64,000 nt of DNA from Candidatus Woesearchaeota archaeon (GTDB lineage: Archaea; Nanobdellota; Nanobdellia; UBA10117; GCA-020343615): NCBI GenBank assembly GCA_020343615.1, contig CP070803.1, positions 143,686 through 207,685 of the forward strand, given 5' to 3'. Of this stretch, positions 51,945 through 61,488 are shown piece by piece. Under the pieces are notes generated by a model. It saw only the letters and a program-made list of their open reading frames with translations. It was not told the DNA's origin and ran no database searches. Both the position numbers and the translations under genes were made by a program. Within the stretch, counting starts at the first letter, position 1, and each line of letters begins with the position of its first letter.

Positions 51945-52593
51945 AGGGTGAAAGTTGATATGATACAACTTAATGAACGCGTTGCAGAAGAAACTGGTAT
52001 TCACATTGGTGATGGTAGCATGAGCATATATAACGGTATACCTTGTTATACTGTTGCATGTAATGCTAACAAAGAAAGAGAATACGTTGAAAAATATATA
52101 GCTCCATTAATAAAAGAAGTATATGGAATAAAACCGAAGTTAAGAATGTGGTCAGAAGGAGCATATGGATTTAGGATTGTTTCTAGAGAAGTGATAGAAT
52201 TTAAAAATAAAGAATTGGGTCTTCCATTAGGACCTAAAAAAGAAATAGAAATACCTTTTAAAATAATAAAAAATATGAACTTAGCTAAAAAATGTATACG
52301 TGGACTCTTTGATACAGATGGTTGTGTCTATATTGAAGAAAAGAAAACAGGTCCTTACCCTAGAATAGAATTACACCTAAGTTCAAAAAAAGTAGTAAAG
52401 CAGGTTAGTGAAATATTAAAGGATCTAGGATTAACTTGTTCAATTTGGGAACATAAATATCCTAATAAAAAGAATTGGTCAAACACGTATACAGTGTGTA
52501 CTCGAGGAACAAAAAATTTAAACATTTGGATGAAACAAATAGGATTCAAAAATCCTAAAAACATAAAAAAAGTATTAGCTTTCACCGGTCGAA
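51945..52593 (+). mobile_element. ORF-containing archaeal BHB tRNA intron (putative homing intron)
   Basis: CGAC/GTCG central helix, bulges GG^A and AA^T, intron stem GGTGAAAGTT/AGCTTTCACC; encodes a LAGLIDADG protein. Confidence 0.88.
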
Positions 52594-52625
52594 TCTTGTA
52601 TGCCGAAAGGAGTTTGGCCAAGTAA
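51960..52625 (+). CDS. Two-motif LAGLIDADG homing endonuclease (221 aa from pre-tRNA; 215 aa from circular intron)
   Basis: VAEETGIHIGDGS and CIRGLFDTDGCV motifs, IGFKNPK tail; SD-like GGGTGA before ATG 51960. Confidence 0.9.
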   Translation: MIQLNERVAEETGIHIGDGSMSIYNGIPCYTVACNANKEREYVEKYIAPLIKEVYGIKPKLRMWSEGAYGFRIVSREVIEFKNKELGLPLGPKKEIEIPFKIIKNMNLAKKCIRGLFDTDGCVYIEEKKTGPYPRIELHLSSKKVVKQVSEILKDLGLTCSIWEHKYPNKKNWSNTYTVCTRGTKNLNIWMKQIGFKNPKNIKKVLAFTGRILYAERSLAK

Positions 52626-52749
52626 ACCGTAGGTCGTGGGTTCGATTCCCACCCGGGGCTTTTTATAGTATTTTAAAAATAAAGGATATGTTCCTAAATC
52701 TAAAGAAATAGAAAGATTTTTTAAGGCTACTAAAATCTGAAGATGTAGT

Positions 52750-52877
52750 GGGCCGGTGGTCTAGCTGGTTAACTCTTCCAGAACTTTTGTGGGAGAGGCC
52801 AAATGACGCAGCCCTTACATGTTCTTAAAAAGGGCTAAGATAGGCTGAGGTCGGGAGTTCGAATCTCCCCTGGCCCA
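52750..52877 (+). tRNA. tRNA-Val(UAC) with D-loop intron (52772-52803) and canonical intron (52820-52841)
   Basis: GGGCCGG/CTGGCCC, CAGCC-CTTACAA-GGCTG after splicing; BHB helices TGGT/GCCA and CTTA/TAAG. Confidence 0.94.
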
Positions 52878-52934
52878 CTTGTATACTGCTGTAAAGAAAT
52901 TTTTATTATAATACTATCACTATTTGATAGATAT

Positions 52935-53219
52935 ATGAAAACTGAAACAAAGCTACATATAAATAACGCTGGTCGAGGAGCCTCTTTTTTAGTTGCAACA
53001 TATGGATACTTAAGGGGAACAGGAGAGTATTTTATTCAACTATCTCAAAATATACTTGCTACTGCTTCTTATTTTATTTTAACTGGGAGGTCTAAAATAT
53101 TAGAAAGGAGCTTGGTAACGACTGACACTCTAGAAAAATCAAAATCCTATAAAAAATATGAGCTTCAAATAGAAAAAGAGATTGAGGAATCTATTAAAAA
53201 AGATGAAGTTGCTAAATAA
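52935..53219 (+). CDS. Hypothetical protein
   Basis: 94 aa ORF with upstream TATA-like sequence. Confidence 0.5.
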   Translation: MKTETKLHINNAGRGASFLVATYGYLRGTGEYFIQLSQNILATASYFILTGRSKILERSLVTTDTLEKSKSYKKYELQIEKEIEESIKKDEVAK

Positions 53220-53245
53220 ATTATACTTTTATATTATACTTGATA

Positions 53246-56200
53246 CTAATCGCTTAAAGGAAGATAATCCGTGTTAGCAGAACAGTTGGAAATGATTCGG
53301 GTGTGCATTAAATCTGTGTTATTGTACCATGAAATTGACACATCTGAATCTGAAGTTGAATCTACTAGTCTTCCTTTCTTTACTGCTAAGTTTCTTCCAT
53401 TAGGATATCCTAACCAAGTAGAACCTGCATTTGCTAATTTTACACATGACCAACTACCTGCAGAATTATAACAGTATCTTAAATCATCATTTGTAGCATC
53501 ATAATGAGATATATATACAACATCATTGGAGTCTATTGCTATGCTTGTATCCCATCCAACGTCACCAGTGGTTTCTACATTCTCGCAGGTCCAAGAACCT
53601 CCAGAGTTGTTGCAGTATGATAGTGAACCATTATTCGAAGATACGTGGACAACATCATTGGAGTCTATTGCTATGCTAGTATGTTTACCACCATCTCCTA
53701 TTTGCTTGCAAGTCCAGGTTCCTCCAGAGTTGTTGCAGTATCTTAAATCATCATTACCAGCATCAGTATGAGAGATATGAACTACATTATTGGAATCTAT
53801 TGCTATGCTTGAACAGTCTCCGACCATACCTCCTAGGTCTACATTCTCGCAGGTCCAAGAACCTCCAGAGTTGTTGCAGTATCCTAACGAATAAACTACA
53901 GTAGCATTTTTGTGAGATATATGGACAACATCATTGGAGTCTATTGCTATGCTTGAAAATTCTCCGACAACACCATTAGTTGCTACATTATCGCAAGTCC
54001 AGGTTCCTCCAGAGTTGTTGCAGTATCCTAGATTACCTCCGGTTTCATTATAATATGATATATGAACAACATTAGTAGAGTCTATGGCTATGCTTGAATC
54101 GTATCCGACATTACCAGTAGTTTTTAAGTTCTTACATTCCCAATTTCCGTATGTTCCGTTACAGTACCCTAAATCATCATTTGTATCATTAAAGTAAGAT
54201 ATATGAATCATTCCGTTATAGTCTATTGCTATGCTTGAATACCTTCCTGTATCATTTTTTGACTCTACTGTTTCTGTACTACTTCCTAGCTGACACGCTC
54301 TGTCATTATACACATCATAAGCCTCATCACAGAAGCCATCATTATCATCATCGGTACAGTCATAATAATATCCGTCTCCAGAACCATTAATCCAAACATT
54401 ACCTCCTATATTGGTTCCAGAACCATAAATCCTATTTCCTGTTTTGTTTGTTGTATTAAAGTAATTAGGAGGGTTTGGGGGAGTTCCAGTAAAGCGTACA
54501 TTATCATAAGTTCCAGAATTATTTAGTAGACAATTGTATATTTGATTGTATTCAGGATAATCCGAACCACTTGGATCGAAATAGATTCCAGCCAAAGAAT
54601 TGCCTTTTATTGTTGAATTAGCTATAATATTATTGTCCGAATTGGAAGATAACCTAACTCCATAACTATTTGAATTGGTAATACTCTCTGAAATAATATT
54701 AGAATTTGAGTTATATAAAAAAATTCCATGTTGTGAATTTGAATTTGCAGTTACGTTTATGAAGTTATTGGAGTCTGAAGAATACATTTGAATTCCATAA
54801 CTATTTGAATTTGCGGTTATATTTGTGAAGTTATTGGAGTCTGAAGAAGACATATAAATCCCTACATATGATGAATATGAAGTTATATTAATAAATGTAT
54901 TGGAATTAGAATACATTAACATTATGTACTCATTATTTGAGTTATTTATATTTTCAAAATGTGCTCCATCTGTTTGAGCTATAATAATACCATTATTATC
55001 TATACTATCAGAACCTCTTATTGTTATATTATTTAAGTAAGAGTTACTTGCATTACATAAAATTATATGACTTATATTACCCTCCCAGTTTTGGATATTC
55101 ACAGTATCTTTATAGTACTTAATTGGTCTGTTCCCTGAACCTGTTATGTTTTCTATATGATTTTCACAATGATTATCTGTAGTAGTAGAAACGTATAAAT
55201 CCAGTTCGTTTTCTAAGAGTTTTGAATTAGTAATAGAACTACTATATGAATTTCGCAGATAAAATCCATATTGATTTGAATTTGCAGTTATATTTGTGAT
55301 ATTGTTGTAATCTGACATTATATAGACTCCATGTTGTGAATTTGAATTTGCAGTTACGTTTATGAAGTTACTGGAATCTGAATAAATAAAATAAATTCCT
55401 CGCCAATTTGAATTTGTGATTGTATCTTTAATAGTATTTTTGTCAGATGCACTAGTACTATAAATTCCATTAAAAAAGTCTGTGATTTTACAATTTAATA
55501 CAGTATTATTATCAGAACCTCCATTTGAATTATTTAACCAAATTCCATAATCTGTTGTTCCTGAATCATCTCCAGTAATATTATGCCCTTGACAGTCAAA
55601 TGTTACATCATCTGTTCCGTTAAAGTCTATACATCTTCCAGTTGTGGAGATATTATCAACCAAATAAATAGTATCTCCTGAACTTGCTTGACCAATCTCT
55701 GCGGTGCAGTTATCACAACTATAACAAAGAGCTCCTGCTAATTCAATAGTACAGGTAGCAGAGCAGCCATCTCCCCCTGTAGTACCTCCATCGTCACATT
55801 CTTCTCCACATTCTACTACATCATTTCCACAGAATTGGTCTAAACTGCAATCTCCATTACATCCTGGGTAAGGATCACAATCTACATTATTACCATCATC
55901 ACATTGCTCATCCCCTTCAGGATTATTATCACCACATATAGTAAGAAATACTACTTCAGTATCATATTCTCCTGTAGCTGATGTTGCTGATGAAAAATGA
56001 ATAGTATAGAAATATGTGGTTGACGCCTTTATATTACAAATAAAAGGATTTATTCGTATATATAAGGATACTGTTCCTCTAGCACTTAAATATTTTTCAG
56101 AGATATTCGCTTCAAAGGCTCCACCTGGTGAGAGATATTCGCTTTGACAAACTACTTCTCCACTTGGTTTATATATCTCTAACAACATATTTGACTCATT

Positions 56201-56440
56201 TAGTTTCATTCTTCTACTTCCTTTGTTTTTTATGTCTACTCTTAAGACATTATTTTTATACGACTCTGATAGAATTACAGGATTATATGATGTTAATGTT
56301 GTTGTTATGTCTCTTATTGCTTCCACTTCTCTTTCAGATGGTTGTATAGTCTTAACATAAAACAGAATTGATATAGATATTAATACTGTGAATATTGCTA
56401 GGATGATAATAGAGAGTATAGGGGTTAATCCTTTTTTCAT
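53246..56440 (-). CDS. Large surface protein: class III (pilin-like) signal, Cys-rich repeats, beta-helix, beta-propeller
   Basis: MKKG/LTPILSII; CGD..EQCDDGN repeats; N.TANSN.YGI.L repeats; SSIAIDSNDVVHIS..L.YCNNSGG.W blades. Confidence 0.85.
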   Translation of the reverse strand: MKKGLTPILSIIILAIFTVLISISILFYVKTIQPSEREVEAIRDITTTLTSYNPVILSESYKNNVLRVDIKNKGSRRMKLNESNMLLEIYKPSGEVVCQSEYLSPGGAFEANISEKYLSARGTVSLYIRINPFICNIKASTTYFYTIHFSSATSATGEYDTEVVFLTICGDNNPEGDEQCDDGNNVDCDPYPGCNGDCSLDQFCGNDVVECGEECDDGGTTGGDGCSATCTIELAGALCYSCDNCTAEIGQASSGDTIYLVDNISTTGRCIDFNGTDDVTFDCQGHNITGDDSGTTDYGIWLNNSNGGSDNNTVLNCKITDFFNGIYSTSASDKNTIKDTITNSNWRGIYFIYSDSSNFINVTANSNSQHGVYIMSDYNNITNITANSNQYGFYLRNSYSSSITNSKLLENELDLYVSTTTDNHCENHIENITGSGNRPIKYYKDTVNIQNWEGNISHIILCNASNSYLNNITIRGSDSIDNNGIIIAQTDGAHFENINNSNNEYIMLMYSNSNTFINITSYSSYVGIYMSSSDSNNFTNITANSNSYGIQMYSSDSNNFINVTANSNSQHGIFLYNSNSNIISESITNSNSYGVRLSSNSDNNIIANSTIKGNSLAGIYFDPSGSDYPEYNQIYNCLLNNSGTYDNVRFTGTPPNPPNYFNTTNKTGNRIYGSGTNIGGNVWINGSGDGYYYDCTDDDNDGFCDEAYDVYNDRACQLGSSTETVESKNDTGRYSSIAIDYNGMIHISYFNDTNDDLGYCNGTYGNWECKNLKTTGNVGYDSSIAIDSTNVVHISYYNETGGNLGYCNNSGGTWTCDNVATNGVVGEFSSIAIDSNDVVHISHKNATVVYSLGYCNNSGGSWTCENVDLGGMVGDCSSIAIDSNNVVHISHTDAGNDDLRYCNNSGGTWTCKQIGDGGKHTSIAIDSNDVVHVSSNNGSLSYCNNSGGSWTCENVETTGDVGWDTSIAIDSNDVVYISHYDATNDDLRYCYNSAGSWSCVKLANAGSTWLGYPNGRNLAVKKGRLVDSTSDSDVSISWYNNTDLMHTRIISNCSANTDYLPLSD

Positions 56441-56481
56441 TAATATTAATTAAAAATATAATAATATATAAATATTAGTTA

Positions 56482-56790
56482 TCACTCTATGACTTCTATT
56501 TCTATGTTAACGTCTTTTGGGATTGGTACTCTCATAATGAGATGCAGTGCTCTTTCATCAGCAGAGATATCAATTAATCTTTTATGAATTCTCATTTCAT
56601 ATCTTTCCCACGTTTCAGAACCCTCTCCATCGGGAGCTCTTCTTACAGGAACTTTTAATTTTTTTGTAGGTAAATTAATGGGTCCCTTGTAAGCTACGCC
56701 TACTTTTTTAGCTATGTCTACAATTTGAGAGCATATGCTATCTACTTTCTTTACTTCAGTGCTGTATAGGTTTATTCTTGCCTTTGGCAT
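56482..56790 (-). CDS. rps10: 30S ribosomal protein uS10
   Basis: [30 protein letters not shown]. Confidence 0.97.
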   Translation of the reverse strand: MPKARINLYSTEVKKVDSICSQIVDIAKKVGVAYKGPINLPTKKLKVPVRRAPDGEGSETWERYEMRIHKRLIDISADERALHLIMRVPIPKDVNIEIEVIE

Positions 56791-56888
56791 AGTAAGAATA
56801 AGTGAAATCAATCCCTTTAAAAAGCTTTAGTTGAACATATTTTTGTATTAGCAACCTTTTAAAGTATTAATTATTAATATATAACATA

Positions 56889-57227
56889 ATGGCTTGGTTT
56901 CATAAAAGTTTAAAGGATATGAAAGTTGCTATTGAGAAAGAAGACTGGAAGGAAGTTATCAAAATATTAAAACAGCATAATTCTCCCCGTGAAGATAGAA
57001 GAATAAGAAGTGATATTGGTGAAATAAGCCACACAATATCTGATTATCGCGAGCATATTCAACAGATATATGCAGCAATATATCAATATGCTGAAGGGAA
57101 AAGAACTTACGTAGAAAAATATGAGAAAGATCATATGCTACTAAAAGTCAATGCAGCTATTCGGTGTGCACTAAAATTTGAAGAAGTTATAAAACACCTT
57201 ATTAAAGAAGGGAAGTTTCTAGAATAA
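56889..57227 (+). CDS. Hypothetical helical protein
   Basis: 112 aa ORF with TATA about 30 nt upstream. Confidence 0.6.
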   Translation: MAWFHKSLKDMKVAIEKEDWKEVIKILKQHNSPREDRRIRSDIGEISHTISDYREHIQQIYAAIYQYAEGKRTYVEKYEKDHMLLKVNAAIRCALKFEEVIKHLIKEGKFLE

Positions 57228-57258
57228 TTATTTAAGATTAGAACTGCTATATTATATA

Positions 57259-60200
57259 TTGATGTATCGTAGAGCTAACTTCAGTGTATTTATACTTGTA
57301 TCTATATTTATCTTTATACTTTTACTTCCATCTTTTTTTATACTCTTAAAATTTGATGGTTTTACATTATATCAAAGATTTCAAGAATATGAACCATGGA
57401 TTAGTATTACGGGTGTTACTGTTGCTGAAGATGTTATGATTATTAAAAAAAATTTTGAAGAGCCATTCTTATTTCCTATAACTTTAGAAAATCAGGAATT
57501 TATGGTGGTAGAACTGACAAACTGTATCTCTGTTGGTGAAGTCGGTGAACCAAGCCTTCCAGTATGTCCTGTTCATATTTTAATTTCGCAAAGTAAGGTA
57601 ATATCTAATGTTGATGTGGATTATTTTGATGAAACTAGGATAGATTATGACTTATCTAATAAACCAATAGTTCCTGCCCAAAAAGAAATTCCTATTAGTT
57701 GTGAAGATGTGCCTGACTTCGCCTTGAATCAGGAAATTTATAATTCGGATCAACCCGTCCCAGAACTAATTTATGAAAACAAGGGTACTGGGCTTATGGT
57801 TGGTTTTAACATCTTGACGATAAATTTGAATCCAGTTAGATACATACCTAAAAATGGAGAATTATATTATTATCCTAAAATGGAGATAAGTGTTACTTTA
57901 GCAGACGGGTTTGGTGCTGTTAGTGAACAAGAGAACAAATTTTTAAGATTAAAAGAAAGTGATGTTGATCGTGTTAGTTCTTTGATAGAAAACCCTTCCA
58001 CTATTTCTTCTTATTCTGTGCCTGTTGAATTTGGAACATTGGATGCTCCTCTGAATGGAAGTTGTACTTGTGATCCTACTAAAACATATGAATATGTGAT
58101 AATAACTGATGAGTCTCTATTAAATTCTAGTGGCTACAATTACAGTTGGTATGATTTAATAAATCACCGGAGAAACTATAGTGGTTTAAATGGAACAATA
58201 GTAACTGTACAACAAATTGAGAATTGTTCTGATTATCAAAACAATACTTATCCTTTCAATGATTCTGCTCATAGTATACGTGAATTCATTAAAGATGCTT
58301 ATCAAAATTGGGGTACTGAATACGTTGTATTAGGTGGGAAGTGGAGAGATGACACCCCTGCTGAAAAAATGGTTCAATATCGTTTATTCACAGATATTTA
58401 TGAAACGGGTACTTATGATACTATGCCTTGTGACTTGTACTACAGCAATCTTGACGGTGATTGGTGGTATTCTAATTATAGTGTATGGGGTGGCGGTAAG
58501 AACAGTCCAGTTAATGATAAGTTCTCAGAGATTTATGTAGGTCGTATAACTGCTTACGATACTGAACATGTTTCAAATGCTGTACGTAAAATAATTTGGT
58601 ATGATATTAACAATCATAGTGAGGAATGGTTAGTAACTGTTACATTTGCTGGTGCTAATCTAGGTTGGGCTGTCACTTCAAAACAATACATGGAAGAATT
58701 ACGTATAGGTAACGGATCGTATTCTGAAAATATTGGTTTTGAAGAATGGAACTCTAAACATTCATATTATCCATTTTATACGTTAGAAAATAGATATTAT
58801 CATGCTGATGATACGTGGAGTGATTTCTTAGAGTCTATAGAAAATGATACTAGTTCTATTGTAAATCATATCGGACATTCGAGTTGGAATACTCCTTTTA
58901 GTCTTACTAATTGGCAATTTAGAAATAATACTTTGCCCTTTTTTGGTTACTCACAAGGTTGTCTGGCGGGTAGATTTTCTAGTGGTTTCTCTGGTTGTGA
59001 ACAAACGATGTGCAGACATCCTGAAAAACACGCCTTTGCTGTAGTTCTGAACACAGGATACGGTTATGGTAGTTTTAGTTCTACTCACGGCGCGAGTCAG
59101 CAACTGCATAAGATATTTTGGGCTTATTTTTTTAATGAAGCAGAAAATAATTTAAGTGAGTGGGAATTAGGAAGAGCTCAGTCCTATTCTAAAGATGAAT
59201 TCTCTGCATATATTGATTCTAATCATGCAAAATGTTATGTGTGGTATAGTTCACATTTATTTGGCGATCCTGCACAAAAGCTAGAAATTGCTAGTGTAAT
59301 AAAATCGAATGGTGAATCTTGTTCTTACGAATATGAATGCCTGTCTGGATACTGTGAAGATAGAGTTTGTTGTTCATCTTCATGCGGTGTTTGTCAAGCA
59401 TGTAATATAAATGGTAGTAAAGGTAATTGTTCTAATTACACACAAGGTTCTGACCCAGATAATGAGTGCTCTACAGCTGAGTGTGGTATCGGATACTGTA
59501 ACGGTTTTGGTACTTGTGAAGTATATAGTGATGGTCTAAGACATAATTGTAGTAGTTGTTATTATTGTACCGACTTGGATGAGAGTTGTGATTTAGTACC
59601 TGATGGACAAGATCCTAACAATAACTGCGCTGGAGGAAATGGCACCTCAAATGGTTGTGCGGGAGATTACTGCGACGGTTCTGGCTCCTGTCAAATTATT
59701 AGTTCTGGGGAAGGTAACTGCCCTATTTGTACATTATGTCTAGATAATGATACTGAATGTGAATATTACTCTAATAACACCCAAGATAATGTGGGTAATT
59801 TAACTTGTTTTGGTATTTGTAAGAAATGTGATGGTCTAGGTCAGTGTATCAACCAAACCGCTGGAGAGGATATATTTGACCAATGTGATGCTAATCTAGA
59901 ATGCCATATTGGTATCTGTAATGGTCTTGGAGAATGTGATGTCTATTCTAATGGTGAAAAAGGCTCTTGTGGACCTTGTAAGTATTGTAATGATAGTGAC
60001 TCTAATTGTGAATATGTTCCTTCTGGGCAAGACTTATTTAGTGAGTGTGTTGGTTTGCAGTGTGATGGAGACGCTATAACTCCATATTATTGGGGTTGGG
60101 ACTCATTAACATGTTACTATAGTTCAAATATCTTTTCTAGAGATCACTATTGTGACGGTTCTGGCTCTTGTTATGCTGCTGAAGATTTATGTCCTTCACA

Positions 60201-61485
60201 AGGAAAGGATGGCTCTACGAATATTACTTGTAATTGTGCTGAAGCACTAACTGGTTGTAATGGAACTGTTGTTGGAAGCTGTCTAAATTGTGCTCCTCTG
60301 AATAATTCCGCCCCAACAGCCCCTATCCTTTTGTATCCTGCAGATGAAACTAATAATACTAATAATTCTGTAGATTTTGATTGGGATGATTCTATAGATA
60401 TAGATGGGGATAATATCTCCTATTATTTAGCAATAAATTCGTCGGTAAACTCTACTCAAATTACTTATAGTGTTATGGAATCAAGTTATTCTTCATATTC
60501 TACTATTGATAACGTAACATATTATTGGAGAGTAAAAGCTAGTGATGGTTTAGATAACAGTTCTTGGTCATCTACTTATAAATTTATAGAAATAATTGAA
60601 GTAGAAGAAGAACCTGAAGAGGAAGAAGATCAGACTCCTAGCGGAGGCAGCGGCTCTTCAGGAGGAGGTGGAGGTGGTAGTCCCTCTCCTATTCTCAGTA
60701 GTGCTTCAACAATAACCCCGCCCTCTATTAATTACGACTTATCTGAAACAAATGAAGAAGAGATTAAAGAAGTTGTTAAGTCTAAGCTTAGTGAAATAAG
60801 CAGCAACACTAAAGAAGTTTACAAAGATGTTTCAGTTGATGTGTCTGTTAATCATCCTAGCTCTGAAAGTACCTCTCTTGATTTTAGTTTTAAGTATGGT
60901 AAAGGTACGCCTCTAAAAAAAGTGATGATATTCATTGAAGTTCCTAAATCCTTTGCTGAATCTGCAGAAGATATAACTTTTGAGTCTAGTGTCCCTTATA
61001 GTAAAATGGAAGTTGTTGAAAATGATCCTGTTTATTATTTCTACTATGAAAATCTGGAATCTGAGAATATATCTTATTCTTTCCATAATAATGAATATAG
61101 TATAGGAAGCAAGGTCATTGAAGATGTAAGTCAACCATGGGTTTTCTTTGAAACTGAAGAAGAAGTTGTTCCAGAATGTGGTAATAATGTAATAGAAAAA
61201 GGGGAAGAATGTGATAGTGTTAGTGGACTAATTGAAGGTTATAGATGCTCTGCTGAATGCAAACTAGTTCCTATCCTTCAATGCATTGATGATGGGGATT
61301 GTACTCAAGAAGAAACAGAATTAGGTGAGTGTAATGACTGTTTAATTAGTACTCCTGCACCTACTAGTGCTTATGTTATATTATATCAAAAGTGGTTTGT
61401 TGTATTACTTATTATCTTTATAATATGTACTCTCATATTAGGACTTAAACTAGAAATTAAGAATAAGAAAAAAAGGAAGAAATAG
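57259..61485 (+). CDS. Gingipain-like (C25) cysteine peptidase with propeptide, Cys-rich stalk and TM anchor
   Basis: GEPSLP propeptide, YVIIT, YVVLGG, CDLYYS, YVGRI, NHIGH (His), SQGCLAG (Cys), LFGDP; C-terminal TM helix and basic tail. Confidence 0.88.
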   Translation: MMYRRANFSVFILVSIFIFILLLPSFFILLKFDGFTLYQRFQEYEPWISITGVTVAEDVMIIKKNFEEPFLFPITLENQEFMVVELTNCISVGEVGEPSLPVCPVHILISQSKVISNVDVDYFDETRIDYDLSNKPIVPAQKEIPISCEDVPDFALNQEIYNSDQPVPELIYENKGTGLMVGFNILTINLNPVRYIPKNGELYYYPKMEISVTLADGFGAVSEQENKFLRLKESDVDRVSSLIENPSTISSYSVPVEFGTLDAPLNGSCTCDPTKTYEYVIITDESLLNSSGYNYSWYDLINHRRNYSGLNGTIVTVQQIENCSDYQNNTYPFNDSAHSIREFIKDAYQNWGTEYVVLGGKWRDDTPAEKMVQYRLFTDIYETGTYDTMPCDLYYSNLDGDWWYSNYSVWGGGKNSPVNDKFSEIYVGRITAYDTEHVSNAVRKIIWYDINNHSEEWLVTVTFAGANLGWAVTSKQYMEELRIGNGSYSENIGFEEWNSKHSYYPFYTLENRYYHADDTWSDFLESIENDTSSIVNHIGHSSWNTPFSLTNWQFRNNTLPFFGYSQGCLAGRFSSGFSGCEQTMCRHPEKHAFAVVLNTGYGYGSFSSTHGASQQLHKIFWAYFFNEAENNLSEWELGRAQSYSKDEFSAYIDSNHAKCYVWYSSHLFGDPAQKLEIASVIKSNGESCSYEYECLSGYCEDRVCCSSSCGVCQACNINGSKGNCSNYTQGSDPDNECSTAECGIGYCNGFGTCEVYSDGLRHNCSSCYYCTDLDESCDLVPDGQDPNNNCAGGNGTSNGCAGDYCDGSGSCQIISSGEGNCPICTLCLDNDTECEYYSNNTQDNVGNLTCFGICKKCDGLGQCINQTAGEDIFDQCDANLECHIGICNGLGECDVYSNGEKGSCGPCKYCNDSDSNCEYVPSGQDLFSECVGLQCDGDAITPYYWGWDSLTCYYSSNIFSRDHYCDGSGSCYAAEDLCPSQGKDGSTNITCNCAEALTGCNGTVVGSCLNCAPLNNSAPTAPILLYPADETNNTNNSVDFDWDDSIDIDGDNISYYLAINSSVNSTQITYSVMESSYSSYSTIDNVTYYWRVKASDGLDNSSWSSTYKFIEIIEVEEEPEEEEDQTPSGGSGSSGGGGGGSPSPILSSASTITPPSINYDLSETNEEEIKEVVKSKLSEISSNTKEVYKDVSVDVSVNHPSSESTSLDFSFKYGKGTPLKKVMIFIEVPKSFAESAEDITFESSVPYSKMEVVENDPVYYFYYENLESENISYSFHNNEYSIGSKVIEDVSQPWVFFETEEEVVPECGNNVIEKGEECDSVSGLIEGYRCSAECKLVPILQCIDDGDCTQEETELGECNDCLISTPAPTSAYVILYQKWFVVLLIIFIICTLILGLKLEIKNKKKRKK

Positions 61486-61488
61486 GTT

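Larger units (their letters stand above)
51914..52660 (+). tRNA. tRNA-Thr(UGU); exons 51914-51944, 52594-52600, 52625-52660; introns of 649 nt (30/31) and 24 nt (37/38)
   Basis: Spliced: GCCTCGG TA GCTCAGTCGGCAAGAGC G ACGGT CTTGTAA ACCGT AGGTC GTGGG TTCGATT CCCAC CCGGGGC T; both junctions form BHB-type motifs. Confidence 0.92.

Noticed and set aside
51948-52625. LAGLIDADG ORF as an intein or as part of a group I intron
   Set aside because: No host protein or intein terminal residues, and the ORF fills the insert, leaving no room for a ribozyme core; the ends form a BHB instead.
53480-54240. Template and variable repeats of a diversity-generating retroelement
   Set aside because: All copies are in-frame propeller blades, and no reverse transcriptase or non-coding template is in the window.
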